Part shown: positions 29,506-39,161 of the stretch, one piece after another
How positions within the stretch are numbered: position 1 is the stretch's first letter
Layout of the letters: every line of letters begins with the position of its first letter
DNA from: Candidatus Cloacimonadales bacterium
Lineage (GTDB): Bacteria; Cloacimonadota; Cloacimonadia; Cloacimonadales; DAONDQ01
Assembly: GCA_963662275.1 (NCBI GenBank)
Contig: OY759316.1
Coordinates: forward strand, 3,424,001 to 3,488,000
DNA length: 64,000 nt
Direction of reading: 5' to 3'
Notes under the pieces: generated by a model
The model's database searches: none
What the model saw: only the letters and a program-made list of their open reading frames with translations
What the model was told of the DNA's origin: nothing
Program-made: the position numbers and the translations under genes

Positions 29506-32184
29506 CTATAATACTTTTTCCACATCCACAACATCGCTGGTAAGATCAGTCTTAACAGTAAAACCGTGTTTCCTGAAGACGCTTATCATGCGGTGATTAT
29601 CGGTAGAAGTCTGGGCTACAACCTTTTCCAGGTGCCAATGGGAGGCAATATCCATACAGAAATCTGTCAGTTGGCTGCCTAGCTTTTTATTCTGCCATTT
29701 TTCAGGTACAAGAACGGCATATTCCACAGTTTCATGATCTGGATCAGCAACTATACGGCCAATACCGATCAGCTTCTTCTGCCCTTCGACAAGAGTTTCA
29801 GCGACAATGGCAATTTCACGGTCATAATCGATAAAGCAATAGCGGATTGCCACTTCATGGGAATTCCAATTGAAGAAGTAACGGAAACGCTGGTAGATCG
29901 CTTCCTTGGAAGTACTGCCCAGCATATCCAGCCATAATGTCTCATCCTCAGGTTTGATAGGACGAAGCATCACTTCTGTTCCATCTGTGAGGGTGATCTG
30001 TTTGATATATTCCTCAGGATACGGACGTAAAGCCAAATGAGCATACGTTTCCATACCTGCAATCTTAGGAGTAACCACAACACGCGCATCCAGGGCAATC
30101 ACTCCCTGTGGTGTCGCTAACAGAGGATTGATATCCAGCTCTGAAATCTCCTGGTAATCCGCTGCCAGGTAAGACATGCGGATGAGAACTTCTATCAGTT
30201 TATCCAAGGTTACAGGCGGTTTTCCGCGATATCCTGTGAGTAATGGATAGATTTTGAGCTTTTCCAGCATTCTTCTGGCAAGCTTTTCATTCAAAGGTGG
30301 TAATTCCAAAGTACGATCAAGAAACAATTCAGCATAGATGCCACCTGTTCCGATTAAAAGAACAGCTCCGAACACAGGGTCACGCTTGATGCCGAGAATC
30401 AGTTCCACACCGTTCTCCAGGTCAACCATCGGCTGGACGGTTACGCCTTCAATGGTGGCATCGGGACGAAGCGTACGGGCATTATTGGTGATCTGTTCAA
30501 AGGCTTTTATCACTTCTTCGGGAGTATTCAGATTGAGAATGACACCGCCTACATCCGTTTTATGCGTAATTTGCGGAGAAAGTATCTTTAACACAACAGG
30601 ATAGCCGATTTGCTCCGAAAAAGCAACCGCCTTCTCTGCTGAATCAGCTAACTGTGGAAGTGTGGTGGATATGCCAAAAGATTCGAGCAGGTATTTGGAA
30701 GAGGCTTCTGAAAGAACATTATTTTCTTTTTTGATGATCTTATCAAACTTCTTTCTGAAGGCAGTTCTATCCAAAGTAAATTCTACAGGGATATCTTTGG
30801 GAGTTTCATATAAGGCTTTCAAATTCTTTCCATAATCCACCAAAGTCATGAAAGCGCTGATTGCCTGTTCAGGAGTATTATAGGTTGGGATACCTGCTTC
30901 CATGAGGATATTATCTCCTTCCCGCATACTACCTCCACCAACCCAGGCAGCCAGGATCGGCTTTTTGCTCTTTTCTCCAAGCAAACTTATTCCTCGCGCA
31001 GTACCGCTGGGATTGGTCATTGCCTGTGGAGTTAGAATCACCAGGACTGCATCAACATTGGTGTCTTCAAGAACAATAGAAACTGCTTTGGCATAGCGTT
31101 TGGCACGTGCATCCCCGAGTACATCAATAGGATTTCCATGTGACCAGAAAGGAGGTAAATTATCATTCAACTGATCCATAGTTGCATCTGAGAGTTTTGC
31201 CAGTTCACCGCCATAAGTGATCAGTGCATCTGTAGCCATGACACCCGGTCCCCCGGCATTTGTAACAATAGCCAGGTGTGGTCCGGCAGGAACTTTCTTA
31301 TGCCCGATCAGTTCTGCAACATCGAATATCTGCCCAATATCATAGACACGTGATATACCTGCACGCTGGAAAGCTGCATCATAGACATTATCAGCAGCAG
31401 CCATTGCTCCTGTATGAGAAGCAGCTACAGCGGCGGATTCAGGAAAGCGTCCTGCTTTATAGGCAATGATGGGTTTGCTGCGCGCAAAAGCACGACTGGC
31501 AGTCATGAATTTACGGGCATCTTTGATAGATTCTATATAAAGGATGATACATTTGGTCTCTTCATCTTCACCGAGATAATCGATCAGGTCACCAAAATCA
31601 ACATCGATGGTATTTCCAATGGAAACGAGATAAGAAAAGCCTATCTTTTGCTCGATCGCCCAGTCCAAAACAGAAGTGCAAAGCGCTCCTGACTGAGAAA
31701 CAAAGGCGATGTTTCCCTTTCGAGGCATACCATTACCAAAACTGACATTCAGCTTATTGGCGGGTGAGATAAATCCAAGACAATTGGGTCCCATGATACG
31801 CATCCCGGGATAGCTTTTACGTAGCTCTTCAATCTGCCTTTCCAAAATGATTCCTTCTTCTCCGGCTTCTTTGAATCCTGCAGAAACGATGATAATACCC
31901 AATATTCCGGCATCTCCGCACTTCTTGATATACTCCGGCACTTCTTTTGGATCTGCGCAGATAACACCTAGTTCAGGTGTGTTGGGAAGGGATTTGATAT
32001 CCGGATAGCACTGAATTCCCATCACAGCTTCCAGGGAAGGATTGACTGGATACACGACACCATTGAAACCGCTGGTGACAATATTGCTCAGGATACGTCC
32101 GCTCACACTCTGCGGATTCGAACTAATACCCAGGAGGGCAATACGTTTCGGTTTAAAGATATGATCTAAGTTGTGAACATTCAC
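29506..32184 (-). CDS. Protein lysine acetyltransferase Pat/PatZ-like (NDP-forming acyl-CoA synthetase-like domains plus GNAT)
   Basis: GPNCLG, SQSGA, ASHTGA, HKTDVGGV, LDINPL, then LALRPYP..IDYDREIA GNAT domain. Confidence 0.9.
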   Translation of the reverse strand: MNVHNLDHIFKPKRIALLGISSNPQSVSGRILSNIVTSGFNGVVYPVNPSLEAVMGIQCYPDIKSLPNTPELGVICADPKEVPEYIKKCGDAGILGIIIVSAGFKEAGEEGIILERQIEELRKSYPGMRIMGPNCLGFISPANKLNVSFGNGMPRKGNIAFVSQSGALCTSVLDWAIEQKIGFSYLVSIGNTIDVDFGDLIDYLGEDEETKCIILYIESIKDARKFMTASRAFARSKPIIAYKAGRFPESAAVAASHTGAMAAADNVYDAAFQRAGISRVYDIGQIFDVAELIGHKKVPAGPHLAIVTNAGGPGVMATDALITYGGELAKLSDATMDQLNDNLPPFWSHGNPIDVLGDARAKRYAKAVSIVLEDTNVDAVLVILTPQAMTNPSGTARGISLLGEKSKKPILAAWVGGGSMREGDNILMEAGIPTYNTPEQAISAFMTLVDYGKNLKALYETPKDIPVEFTLDRTAFRKKFDKIIKKENNVLSEASSKYLLESFGISTTLPQLADSAEKAVAFSEQIGYPVVLKILSPQITHKTDVGGVILNLNTPEEVIKAFEQITNNARTLRPDATIEGVTVQPMVDLENGVELILGIKRDPVFGAVLLIGTGGIYAELFLDRTLELPPLNEKLARRMLEKLKIYPLLTGYRGKPPVTLDKLIEVLIRMSYLAADYQEISELDINPLLATPQGVIALDARVVVTPKIAGMETYAHLALRPYPEEYIKQITLTDGTEVMLRPIKPEDETLWLDMLGSTSKEAIYQRFRYFFNWNSHEVAIRYCFIDYDREIAIVAETLVEGQKKLIGIGRIVADPDHETVEYAVLVPEKWQNKKLGSQLTDFCMDIASHWHLEKVVAQTSTDNHRMISVFRKHGFTVKTDLTSDVVDVEKVL

Positions 32185-32277
32185 GAAAACCTCTATTATT
32201 TATTGTTATTTAAATAAAGGTTTTGAGGTATAGTGTGCAGGTCAAGATTTTTCTAAAGTAACCCATCGTAAAGCCAT

Positions 32278-32303
32278 GTACCGCGTTATTTATAACGCGG
32301 TAC
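32278..32303. repeat. Palindrome with perfect 12-bp arms upstream of pat
   Basis: GTACCGCGTTAT-TT-ATAACGCGGTAC. Confidence 0.7.
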
Positions 32304-32407
32304 TGGCAAAGGAAACTGAATGAATTCTCGAGATTCCTTTAATAAGTGCTTATTAATCGTCGATGACATATTGTGCCCTCAAACCCTTATTATTTCACTT
32401 AATTTAT

Positions 32408-32511
32408 TCCAGTTTTAATCCTGTTTGATACCAGTTTCATTCCTGTTTCATTCCTGTTTCGAGAGATTGGAATGGCATAGGTTTAGACTTGGTTCAAGCT
32501 TGGTTTTAGTC
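32408..32511. repeat. Two 11-mer tandem tracts
   Basis: Five TCCWGTTTNAT-like units (32408-32462) and three TGGTTYAAGCT-like units (32479-32511). Confidence 0.7.
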
Positions 32512-32669
32512 TCGTATAGATTATGGGGAAAGAAGTCGATTCTTAGATGATGGTTTGGATTTTTTCTAAAAAAAGAAATTGAATCTTTCCGATTTATATT
32601 GACATTTATACGAGATACTAAATTATGATATGTACCATAAAATAAACATATATAAAAGGAGTTAATATA

Positions 32670-33368
32670 ATGAATTTAAAATCACTTAGCATACTTTACA
32701 TAGTCGTAATGATGTATTCAGGATTAGAAAATGGTAATTACCAGGATGAGTTTGAAGCATTGAGAAAAATGTGTGATAATCTCTACCATACTGATTCTAT
32801 GCCGTTTATTCTTGATAAGAACCATGATATTCCCATGCATCTGTTTAGTCCCAGGTTACGCAATTTGCTCGATAGTGATGAATTTGAAGCGAGAAAACTA
32901 TGGGATTTCATCAGCGCAAGAGAGAATGTCATCCGTATGCTCACAGCAACAGAGATGGAAAATCCGGCTGCGGAGGCGTTGTCGTATCGCTTTGAGGAAT
33001 TTTACACAGGTAAACCTGAAGAAAATGGCAGTATCATTCAATTCAAACAGATTATTGGATATATGATCAAGATCATCATGGAGTTGAATGGTTATGTTGT
33101 TGCCCAGAGGAGAGTTAAAATCAATCCACATCCGAGTCCTAAGTCTATAACAGAACATAGGTTCTTTGCAACAGCCTCGCGGTATCGAAAGCTGAACGAA
33201 AAGGATCTGAAAGCCATTTTAAAGAATATCAGTGATCCGAAGGAAAGAAGGTTGTTCACGGTCATATTCAAGTTAGTAACAACAGGACAAACCCAATATC
33301 AAAAGACTTATGCACTGGATAATCTGGCTTCCTGGGATGTCCTGGTAAAATCGAAACAGGGTAAATAA
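32670..33368 (+). CDS. Hypothetical protein
   Basis: AAGGAG RBS; 232-aa open frame with LWDF..RENVIRM.TAT..PAAEAL and KQIIGYMIKIIME..GY..ASRY. Confidence 0.75.
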   Translation: MNLKSLSILYIVVMMYSGLENGNYQDEFEALRKMCDNLYHTDSMPFILDKNHDIPMHLFSPRLRNLLDSDEFEARKLWDFISARENVIRMLTATEMENPAAEALSYRFEEFYTGKPEENGSIIQFKQIIGYMIKIIMELNGYVVAQRRVKINPHPSPKSITEHRFFATASRYRKLNEKDLKAILKNISDPKERRLFTVIFKLVTTGQTQYQKTYALDNLASWDVLVKSKQGK

Positions 33369-33398
33369 CATAACAAACATAGGATTATAGGAGGAAAT

Positions 33399-33530
33399 AT
33401 GGCATTTGTCCATTTACACGTTCATTCTGAATACAGTTGGTCAGATGGAGCTTGCCATATTGCTAGACTGGTGAGAAGAGCTAAAAAGCTTAACAGACGG
33501 CAGTATTTATGACTTACACATTAGAATTAA
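33399..33530 (+). pseudogene. dnaE: 5' remnant of DNA polymerase III alpha (start of the PHP domain)
   Basis: GGAGG-N3-ATG; MAFVHLHVHSEYSWSDGACHIARLVRRAKKLN, stop at 33512. A shifted frame continues TAVFMT, resembling the AVAMTDH motif. Confidence 0.8.
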
Positions 33531-33535
33531 TAACC

Positions 33536-34669
33536 TTATTCCTCCAAAGATAGAAATTCATGATAAGAATCTCTGTTGATGACTTTTGAGTTAATGATAG
33601 GATAGTTTTCAAGGAAAGTTCTACTGAATGAATATCTGACTTTGGGATTCCATTTAATCTCATAGGCATTGAAATTACCGTTAATTTCTTCAATATAGTC
33701 AATTTCCTGTTGCTGTGTTGTCCTCCAGAAATATGCACTCTGATATAATTTCTTGTACTCGATTACTTTACGTCTTTCGCTAATGACGAAATTCTCCCAT
33801 AATGCACCAATATCTGATCGGCTTCCAACATGATTGAAATTACTAATGACAGCATTTCTTACACCGTTATCATAAAAGAAGAACTTCACACCTCTTCTGA
33901 TTTCATTTCTCAGATTTCTGCTCAGTGCAGGTAAGCGGAATACAATAAAAGCTCTTTCCAGTAAACTGATATACTTTTGGACAGTTTGATTATCCGCACC
34001 AACGAGATTTCCTATTTCGGTGAAAGAAACCTCAGAACCGATTTGATATGCTAAAGCTTTGACAATTTTTTCAAGCAGTTCAGGCTTTTTGATCTGCCCA
34101 AGAACAAACAAATCCTTATACAGATAGCTATCTGCCAGTAATTTCAGAATCTCCATTTCGTTGCCTGAGGTTGTAACTACTTCGGGATAATACCCGAAAA
34201 CGAGCCTATGCTCTAATAATCTTTGCTCTTCAAGTAAGCCCTTGAATTTCACCATTTCTCCATAAGCTAATGGATAAAGAATAAACTCAAACTTTCTGCC
34301 TGTGAGCGGTTCTTTGATTTTCCCGGTTAATTCAAAAGATGATGAACCCGTTGCAATCACCTGGATATCCGGATAATTATCCACCAGCAACTTGATTGTA
34401 AGTCCGATATCACTTATTCTTTGCGCTTCATCGATAAATACGATTTCTCCATCGCCAATCAGGCTTTTTAGTCTCGTTGAGGTTGTGTTGCTTAATATTT
34501 CTCGGATATCAGCTTCATCTCCATTGAAACGCACTATCTTTTTACTAGTATTCTGGAGAAGCATATTTACTAAGGTTGTCTTGCCTGATTGTCTTGGTCC
34601 AAAGATAATAACTGCCTTTTTCTGAAACATGTGTTGTTCTATTTTCTTTAAAATCATGCGATAAATCAT
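33536..34669 (-). CDS. AAA_14 ATPase with DUF4143 domain
   Basis: GPRQSGKTT, FIDEAQ, IATGSS, LTGRK, KFFFYDNG, GALWENF, FWRT..QEIDY..AYEIKW. Confidence 0.92.
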   Translation of the reverse strand: MIYRMILKKIEQHMFQKKAVIIFGPRQSGKTTLVNMLLQNTSKKIVRFNGDEADIREILSNTTSTRLKSLIGDGEIVFIDEAQRISDIGLTIKLLVDNYPDIQVIATGSSSFELTGKIKEPLTGRKFEFILYPLAYGEMVKFKGLLEEQRLLEHRLVFGYYPEVVTTSGNEMEILKLLADSYLYKDLFVLGQIKKPELLEKIVKALAYQIGSEVSFTEIGNLVGADNQTVQKYISLLERAFIVFRLPALSRNLRNEIRRGVKFFFYDNGVRNAVISNFNHVGSRSDIGALWENFVISERRKVIEYKKLYQSAYFWRTTQQQEIDYIEEINGNFNAYEIKWNPKVRYSFSRTFLENYPIINSKVINRDSYHEFLSLEE

Positions 34670-34692
34670 GGTTACTCCGTATAAAATTTAAA

Positions 34693-34749
34693 TATTCAGC
34701 GAATACGATCGCTACATATCATAGTATTCAGCGATTGCGATCGCTATAT
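34693..34749. promoter_or_regulatory. Tandem palindromic operator-like sites upstream of the DUF4143 ATPase
   Basis: TATTCAGCGAATACGATCGCTA and TATTCAGCGATTGCGATCGCTA, period 32; core AGCGA-N6-TCGCT. Confidence 0.6.
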
Positions 34750-34977
34750 GTTATGAAATAAGCATACTGATTTTGGTCAAGTAATATCTCTTATGTGTGT
34801 TCCACTATATATGACTTTGGAAAAACCAAATGTATTCAGCTTAACACTTTATAAATAAGGCAATACAGAGTACTACAACCTACAATAATACTCTTGGGAA
34901 TAAACAGAAAAAGTATTAATTTATCTTACATGAACCTATCCTTATAGAGTTCAATGTCCTTTTGTAAGGAGATTGTT

Positions 34978-37900
34978 ATGATTCGTTACACCCCGGCTTT
35001 TATTCTACAGAAATATGAAGAAAATGTCTTCCATGGAAATCTTACAGCTTATGTTCTATTGTTTGATATAGCTGATTTCACTAAGATAGGAACTGCTTTA
35101 CAGAAAGAAGGAAAACAGGGAGCAGAAGAGCTAAGTCGATTTTTAGATTTAATATTTTGTATGCCTATTGAATTTGTTGAGAAATTTGGGGGTTTCGTAA
35201 GTGTCTTTGCCGGGGATGCCTTTTGCGCCATCTTTCCTGATGCAGAAGCAGAAAGTATAATTTCTGTTGTTAATTCAATCAGCGAATACTTCCGGGAAAA
35301 CAAGATCTATAAGAGCATTATCGGAGACCTTTTATTGCATGTACGACAAACTATATGTTATGGTTCTTCGGAGTGGCAGATATTCCATAATGATCTGCAG
35401 AATGAGTATGTATTCCAAGGGAATATCATGCAGGAAGTGGCAGTTTTATCCTTGCAGAAAACAGATGTTATCTGGTCTGAAACAGCAGCACGTCAAATAG
35501 GAAAAGAAAGATTTATTCCGGAAGGGATAGGTTTCGTACTTCATGATAAATCCATTACAGCAAAGACCTCAATCAGGGAATATCACTATAGCAAGACGAC
35601 ACCTTTATTGTTTTGTCACCCCCGTTTTCGGGACGTGCTTCCTCAAAACGAAATACGTACCGCAGCATTTTGCTTTGCTTCTTTAGAGAAAATCAAAGTG
35701 ACAGAACAAGAGGAAGCGATAGCAATTCTTCATAATTTAGCTAATAAATACGGTGCTTTTCTCGACAAGTTGGATTACACGGACAAAGGAATGGTGGCGC
35801 TTCTTCTGTTTGGATTACCTCTTAGTGAGGGAAAAACCCTGGAACGGATATGCAGTTTTTCCGTGGAAACAGTGGATAGCCTTCCCACTATTATTTTGGG
35901 TATCAGTTGTGGAAGCGTATTTGCCGGATATATCGGACGGGATGAAATCAAGGAATATACTGCTTTTGGACATCCGGTAAACCTGGCAGCCAGGCTGATG
36001 AGTAATGCCAGAGCCGGGGAAGTTCTTGCCGATACCTTTCTTTGGCAGGAAATGAATGCAAAGTATGATTTTGATTATCTCGGCACATTGAATCTGAAAG
36101 GGATTGCCTTACCTATGCGGTATTATCTGCTCAGTCGAAGAACAAAAGATCAGGCATGGCACCAGGAAAGCCGGTTTGTAGGTAGAGATGAAGAGCTTTC
36201 TCTTATCAGGACATCCATTGATGACAGTATAACCTCCAATGAAAATGCCATTATCTATGTTTCAGGAGATGCCGGTATCGGTAAAAGCAGGCTGGTGAAA
36301 GAAGCATTGGCAAATTATTCAGCGCTTGCTTATCATAAGTTCAATATCACATGCGATACTTTTTTGCCAAAGCCATTGGAAGCCATTAAACAGATCATTA
36401 AAACATATGCCTATTATAATTCACAACTACCTGAAGATGCGGGTATTGCCATGTTCAAGGGTTTGTGGATGGCTCTTGCCCAAGAGGATATCGAGCTGCA
36501 GCGTATAGAGTCAATTATTGCCTTTCTCCTTGGTTATGAGTGGATGGGTTCAATATGGAATATCCTTCCTTCTGATGAAAAACCCAATCAGTTGAGAAAT
36601 GCCTTTCTCCGATTTATGGAACAGTTGGCAAAGACAAAGCCCGTACTTGTTCATTTGGATGATGGACAATGGCTTGCAGAAGAAAGTAAAGTGTATCTGC
36701 AAAAGCTGAGCGAGCGGGCAATTACTCCAATTATCATCATTTCTTCCTGCCGATATCTGGAAAACGGAGAAAAAGTGGAATTGGGACTAATGAGACATAA
36801 GCGAATTGATCTTGAACTGAATTCACTCAGTGATCTTGGAAGTTATGAATTGATCAGGTCTATCCTCCGTTTGGCATACATACCCGATGCAACCCTTCGT
36901 CTCATCACTAACAGGGCAATGGGCAATCCTCTCTTTATTGAGCAGTTAACATCCTTACTGATGGAAAGCGGTAATATCAATGATAAAGGCGTTATTACCG
37001 GTGAAGTGGCATATTTAAGTTCCTTCAGCATTAGCGATATCATCAGCAATCGTATCGACCGCCTTTCTGAAAAGGTGCGGGAATGCATGTATAATGCAAG
37101 TATCCTCGGAACCGAATTCAATGTCCTGGTATTGTCTCAAATGCTCAAGGGAGAACCTGTGGATGAGCTTGAGACAGGTGTGAAGAACCGCATTTGGAGA
37201 GATCTCGATGAATTGCGTTACATTTTTACCCATATCCTGATCAAGGATATCATATATCAGCGAATGGTAAGTGAAAAACTGCAAGAACTTCACCAGGCTG
37301 CTGCTGAGTCTATGGAAATCGTCTTTGCTGATAAAATTGATGAGTTCGCAATGGAAACAGCCATTCATTTTGAGAAAGGCAATCAGCCACTCAAAGCAGC
37401 AGAATATTACGATAAAGCTGGTTTCTTTTTTAAGGCTAAATTTGACTTTGCAGGTGGGATATCCAATTTGCGTAAAGCCCTCTTAATCAGAGAAACCGCG
37501 TTGGGAGCAGAACATTCCTCTACGGCAAGTTCTCTGACTAACCTGGCTGAGTTATATAAAGCCCAAGGTAAGTACGAGCAAGCAGAGCCACTGTACCTGA
37601 GAGCATTGGAAATACTGGAGAAAAACCTCGGTGCAGAACATCCCGATATCATTCCTCCTCTGAATAACCTGGCTGCAATGTACAAAGACCAGGATAAATA
37701 TGAGCAAGCAGAACCACATTACCTGAAAGCCCTAACCATCAAAGGAAAAGTTCTGGGTGCAAAGCACCCTGATACGGCTCCAGCGCTGCTAAACCTGGCA
37801 CATTTATTCTGGCTGCAGGGAAAATATGAAGAAGCTGAACCTTTCTACCAGGGAGCAATGGATATTTATGAAACTGTCCTGGGTGCAGAACATCCGGATA

Positions 37901-38892
37901 CAGCAAATTCATCCAACAATCTGGCTTCTATTTATCATTATCAGGGGAATCATGAACAAACGGAATCGCTTTACCAAAGAACACTTCAAATCAGGGAAAT
38001 TGTCCTGAGCGCAGAACATCCTGATATGGGTGGTTTATTGACCAACCTGGCAAGCTTGTATTGGCTGCAGGGGAATTATGAACAAGCTGTACCGCTTTAT
38101 CAGAAAGTTCTGGAAATTCGAGAAACGGAAATGGGGGCAGAACACCCTGATACAGTAAAAGCACTGAATAATCTGGCTAGTTTGTATGATTCCCAAGGTA
38201 TCTATGAGAAAGCTGAACCCCTTTATAGGAGAGCATTGGAAATCAGGGAAAAAGTGTTAGGCGCTGAACATCCGCTGACTGCTCAATCCCTGAATAATTT
38301 GGCAGGATTGTATGATTCCCAGGATAACTTTAATCAAGCCGAGCCTCTTTATGTAAGAGCATTGGAAATCAGGGAAAATGTCTTGGGTACCGAGCATCCT
38401 CTGACAGCACAATCGATGAATAAATTGGCAAGTTTTTATGACTCGCAGGGAAAAGACGAACAAGCAGAACAAATATACTTGAGGGCATTGGATATAAAAG
38501 AAAAAGTCCTGGGTGCAGGTCAACCCAATATGGTAACTTCCATGAATAATCTGGATGAACTATATAGCTACCAGGGCAGGTATGACCAAGCGGAGCAGCT
38601 TTACCAGAGAGCTTTGAAGGTTTGGGAAAAGGTCTTAGGTGCAGGTCATCCGAGCATGGCAACTTCGATGAATAATCTGGCAGAATTCTATAGCTCCCAG
38701 GGAAGGTATGATCAGGCGGAACAACTCTACCAGAGAGCCTTGAAAATATGGGAAAAGGTGATGGATACAGAGCATCCTCATACACTGCAAAGTATTAAAG
38801 GGCTTGTTGATTTATATGATAAGATGGGAGAGCACGACAAAGCAAAAGTGTATCAGGAAAGGCTGGATAATATTCTGAAGAAAACTGAATAA
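34978..38892 (+). CDS. Tandem class III adenylate cyclase + STAND-type ATPase + about 11 42-aa TPR repeats
   Basis: FDIADFT and FAGDA; DKG and EYTAFGHPVNLAARLM; FVGR, GDAGIGKS, VHLDDGQW, GNPLF; repeats GAEHP.TA.SLNNLA.LY..QG.YE.AEPLY.RALEI. Confidence 0.9.
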   Translation: MIRYTPAFILQKYEENVFHGNLTAYVLLFDIADFTKIGTALQKEGKQGAEELSRFLDLIFCMPIEFVEKFGGFVSVFAGDAFCAIFPDAEAESIISVVNSISEYFRENKIYKSIIGDLLLHVRQTICYGSSEWQIFHNDLQNEYVFQGNIMQEVAVLSLQKTDVIWSETAARQIGKERFIPEGIGFVLHDKSITAKTSIREYHYSKTTPLLFCHPRFRDVLPQNEIRTAAFCFASLEKIKVTEQEEAIAILHNLANKYGAFLDKLDYTDKGMVALLLFGLPLSEGKTLERICSFSVETVDSLPTIILGISCGSVFAGYIGRDEIKEYTAFGHPVNLAARLMSNARAGEVLADTFLWQEMNAKYDFDYLGTLNLKGIALPMRYYLLSRRTKDQAWHQESRFVGRDEELSLIRTSIDDSITSNENAIIYVSGDAGIGKSRLVKEALANYSALAYHKFNITCDTFLPKPLEAIKQIIKTYAYYNSQLPEDAGIAMFKGLWMALAQEDIELQRIESIIAFLLGYEWMGSIWNILPSDEKPNQLRNAFLRFMEQLAKTKPVLVHLDDGQWLAEESKVYLQKLSERAITPIIIISSCRYLENGEKVELGLMRHKRIDLELNSLSDLGSYELIRSILRLAYIPDATLRLITNRAMGNPLFIEQLTSLLMESGNINDKGVITGEVAYLSSFSISDIISNRIDRLSEKVRECMYNASILGTEFNVLVLSQMLKGEPVDELETGVKNRIWRDLDELRYIFTHILIKDIIYQRMVSEKLQELHQAAAESMEIVFADKIDEFAMETAIHFEKGNQPLKAAEYYDKAGFFFKAKFDFAGGISNLRKALLIRETALGAEHSSTASSLTNLAELYKAQGKYEQAEPLYLRALEILEKNLGAEHPDIIPPLNNLAAMYKDQDKYEQAEPHYLKALTIKGKVLGAKHPDTAPALLNLAHLFWLQGKYEEAEPFYQGAMDIYETVLGAEHPDTANSSNNLASIYHYQGNHEQTESLYQRTLQIREIVLSAEHPDMGGLLTNLASLYWLQGNYEQAVPLYQKVLEIRETEMGAEHPDTVKALNNLASLYDSQGIYEKAEPLYRRALEIREKVLGAEHPLTAQSLNNLAGLYDSQDNFNQAEPLYVRALEIRENVLGTEHPLTAQSMNKLASFYDSQGKDEQAEQIYLRALDIKEKVLGAGQPNMVTSMNNLDELYSYQGRYDQAEQLYQRALKVWEKVLGAGHPSMATSMNNLAEFYSSQGRYDQAEQLYQRALKIWEKVMDTEHPHTLQSIKGLVDLYDKMGEHDKAKVYQERLDNILKKTE

Positions 38893-39161
38893 TAAGGATA
38901 TTTTTAACATTCATAGCGATAGCTGCAAAAAGCTGAGAAAATAGATATCTATTGGCTAAATGATCTTATCAGTTATTATATAATTAGTTCTGATTGAATG
39001 TGGCGCAAGGGCGATAAGTATTTTAGTATACTACATAAGTTCGGTTAGTATTAGTTCTGAATGGGCTTGTATAACTCATTTTCGGTAGCTATTGATTCAA
39101 AAAATAGCATGTATGAAATTCTCTCACGTTCCAACATAGACATGCAAACAAAGGGAATTAT

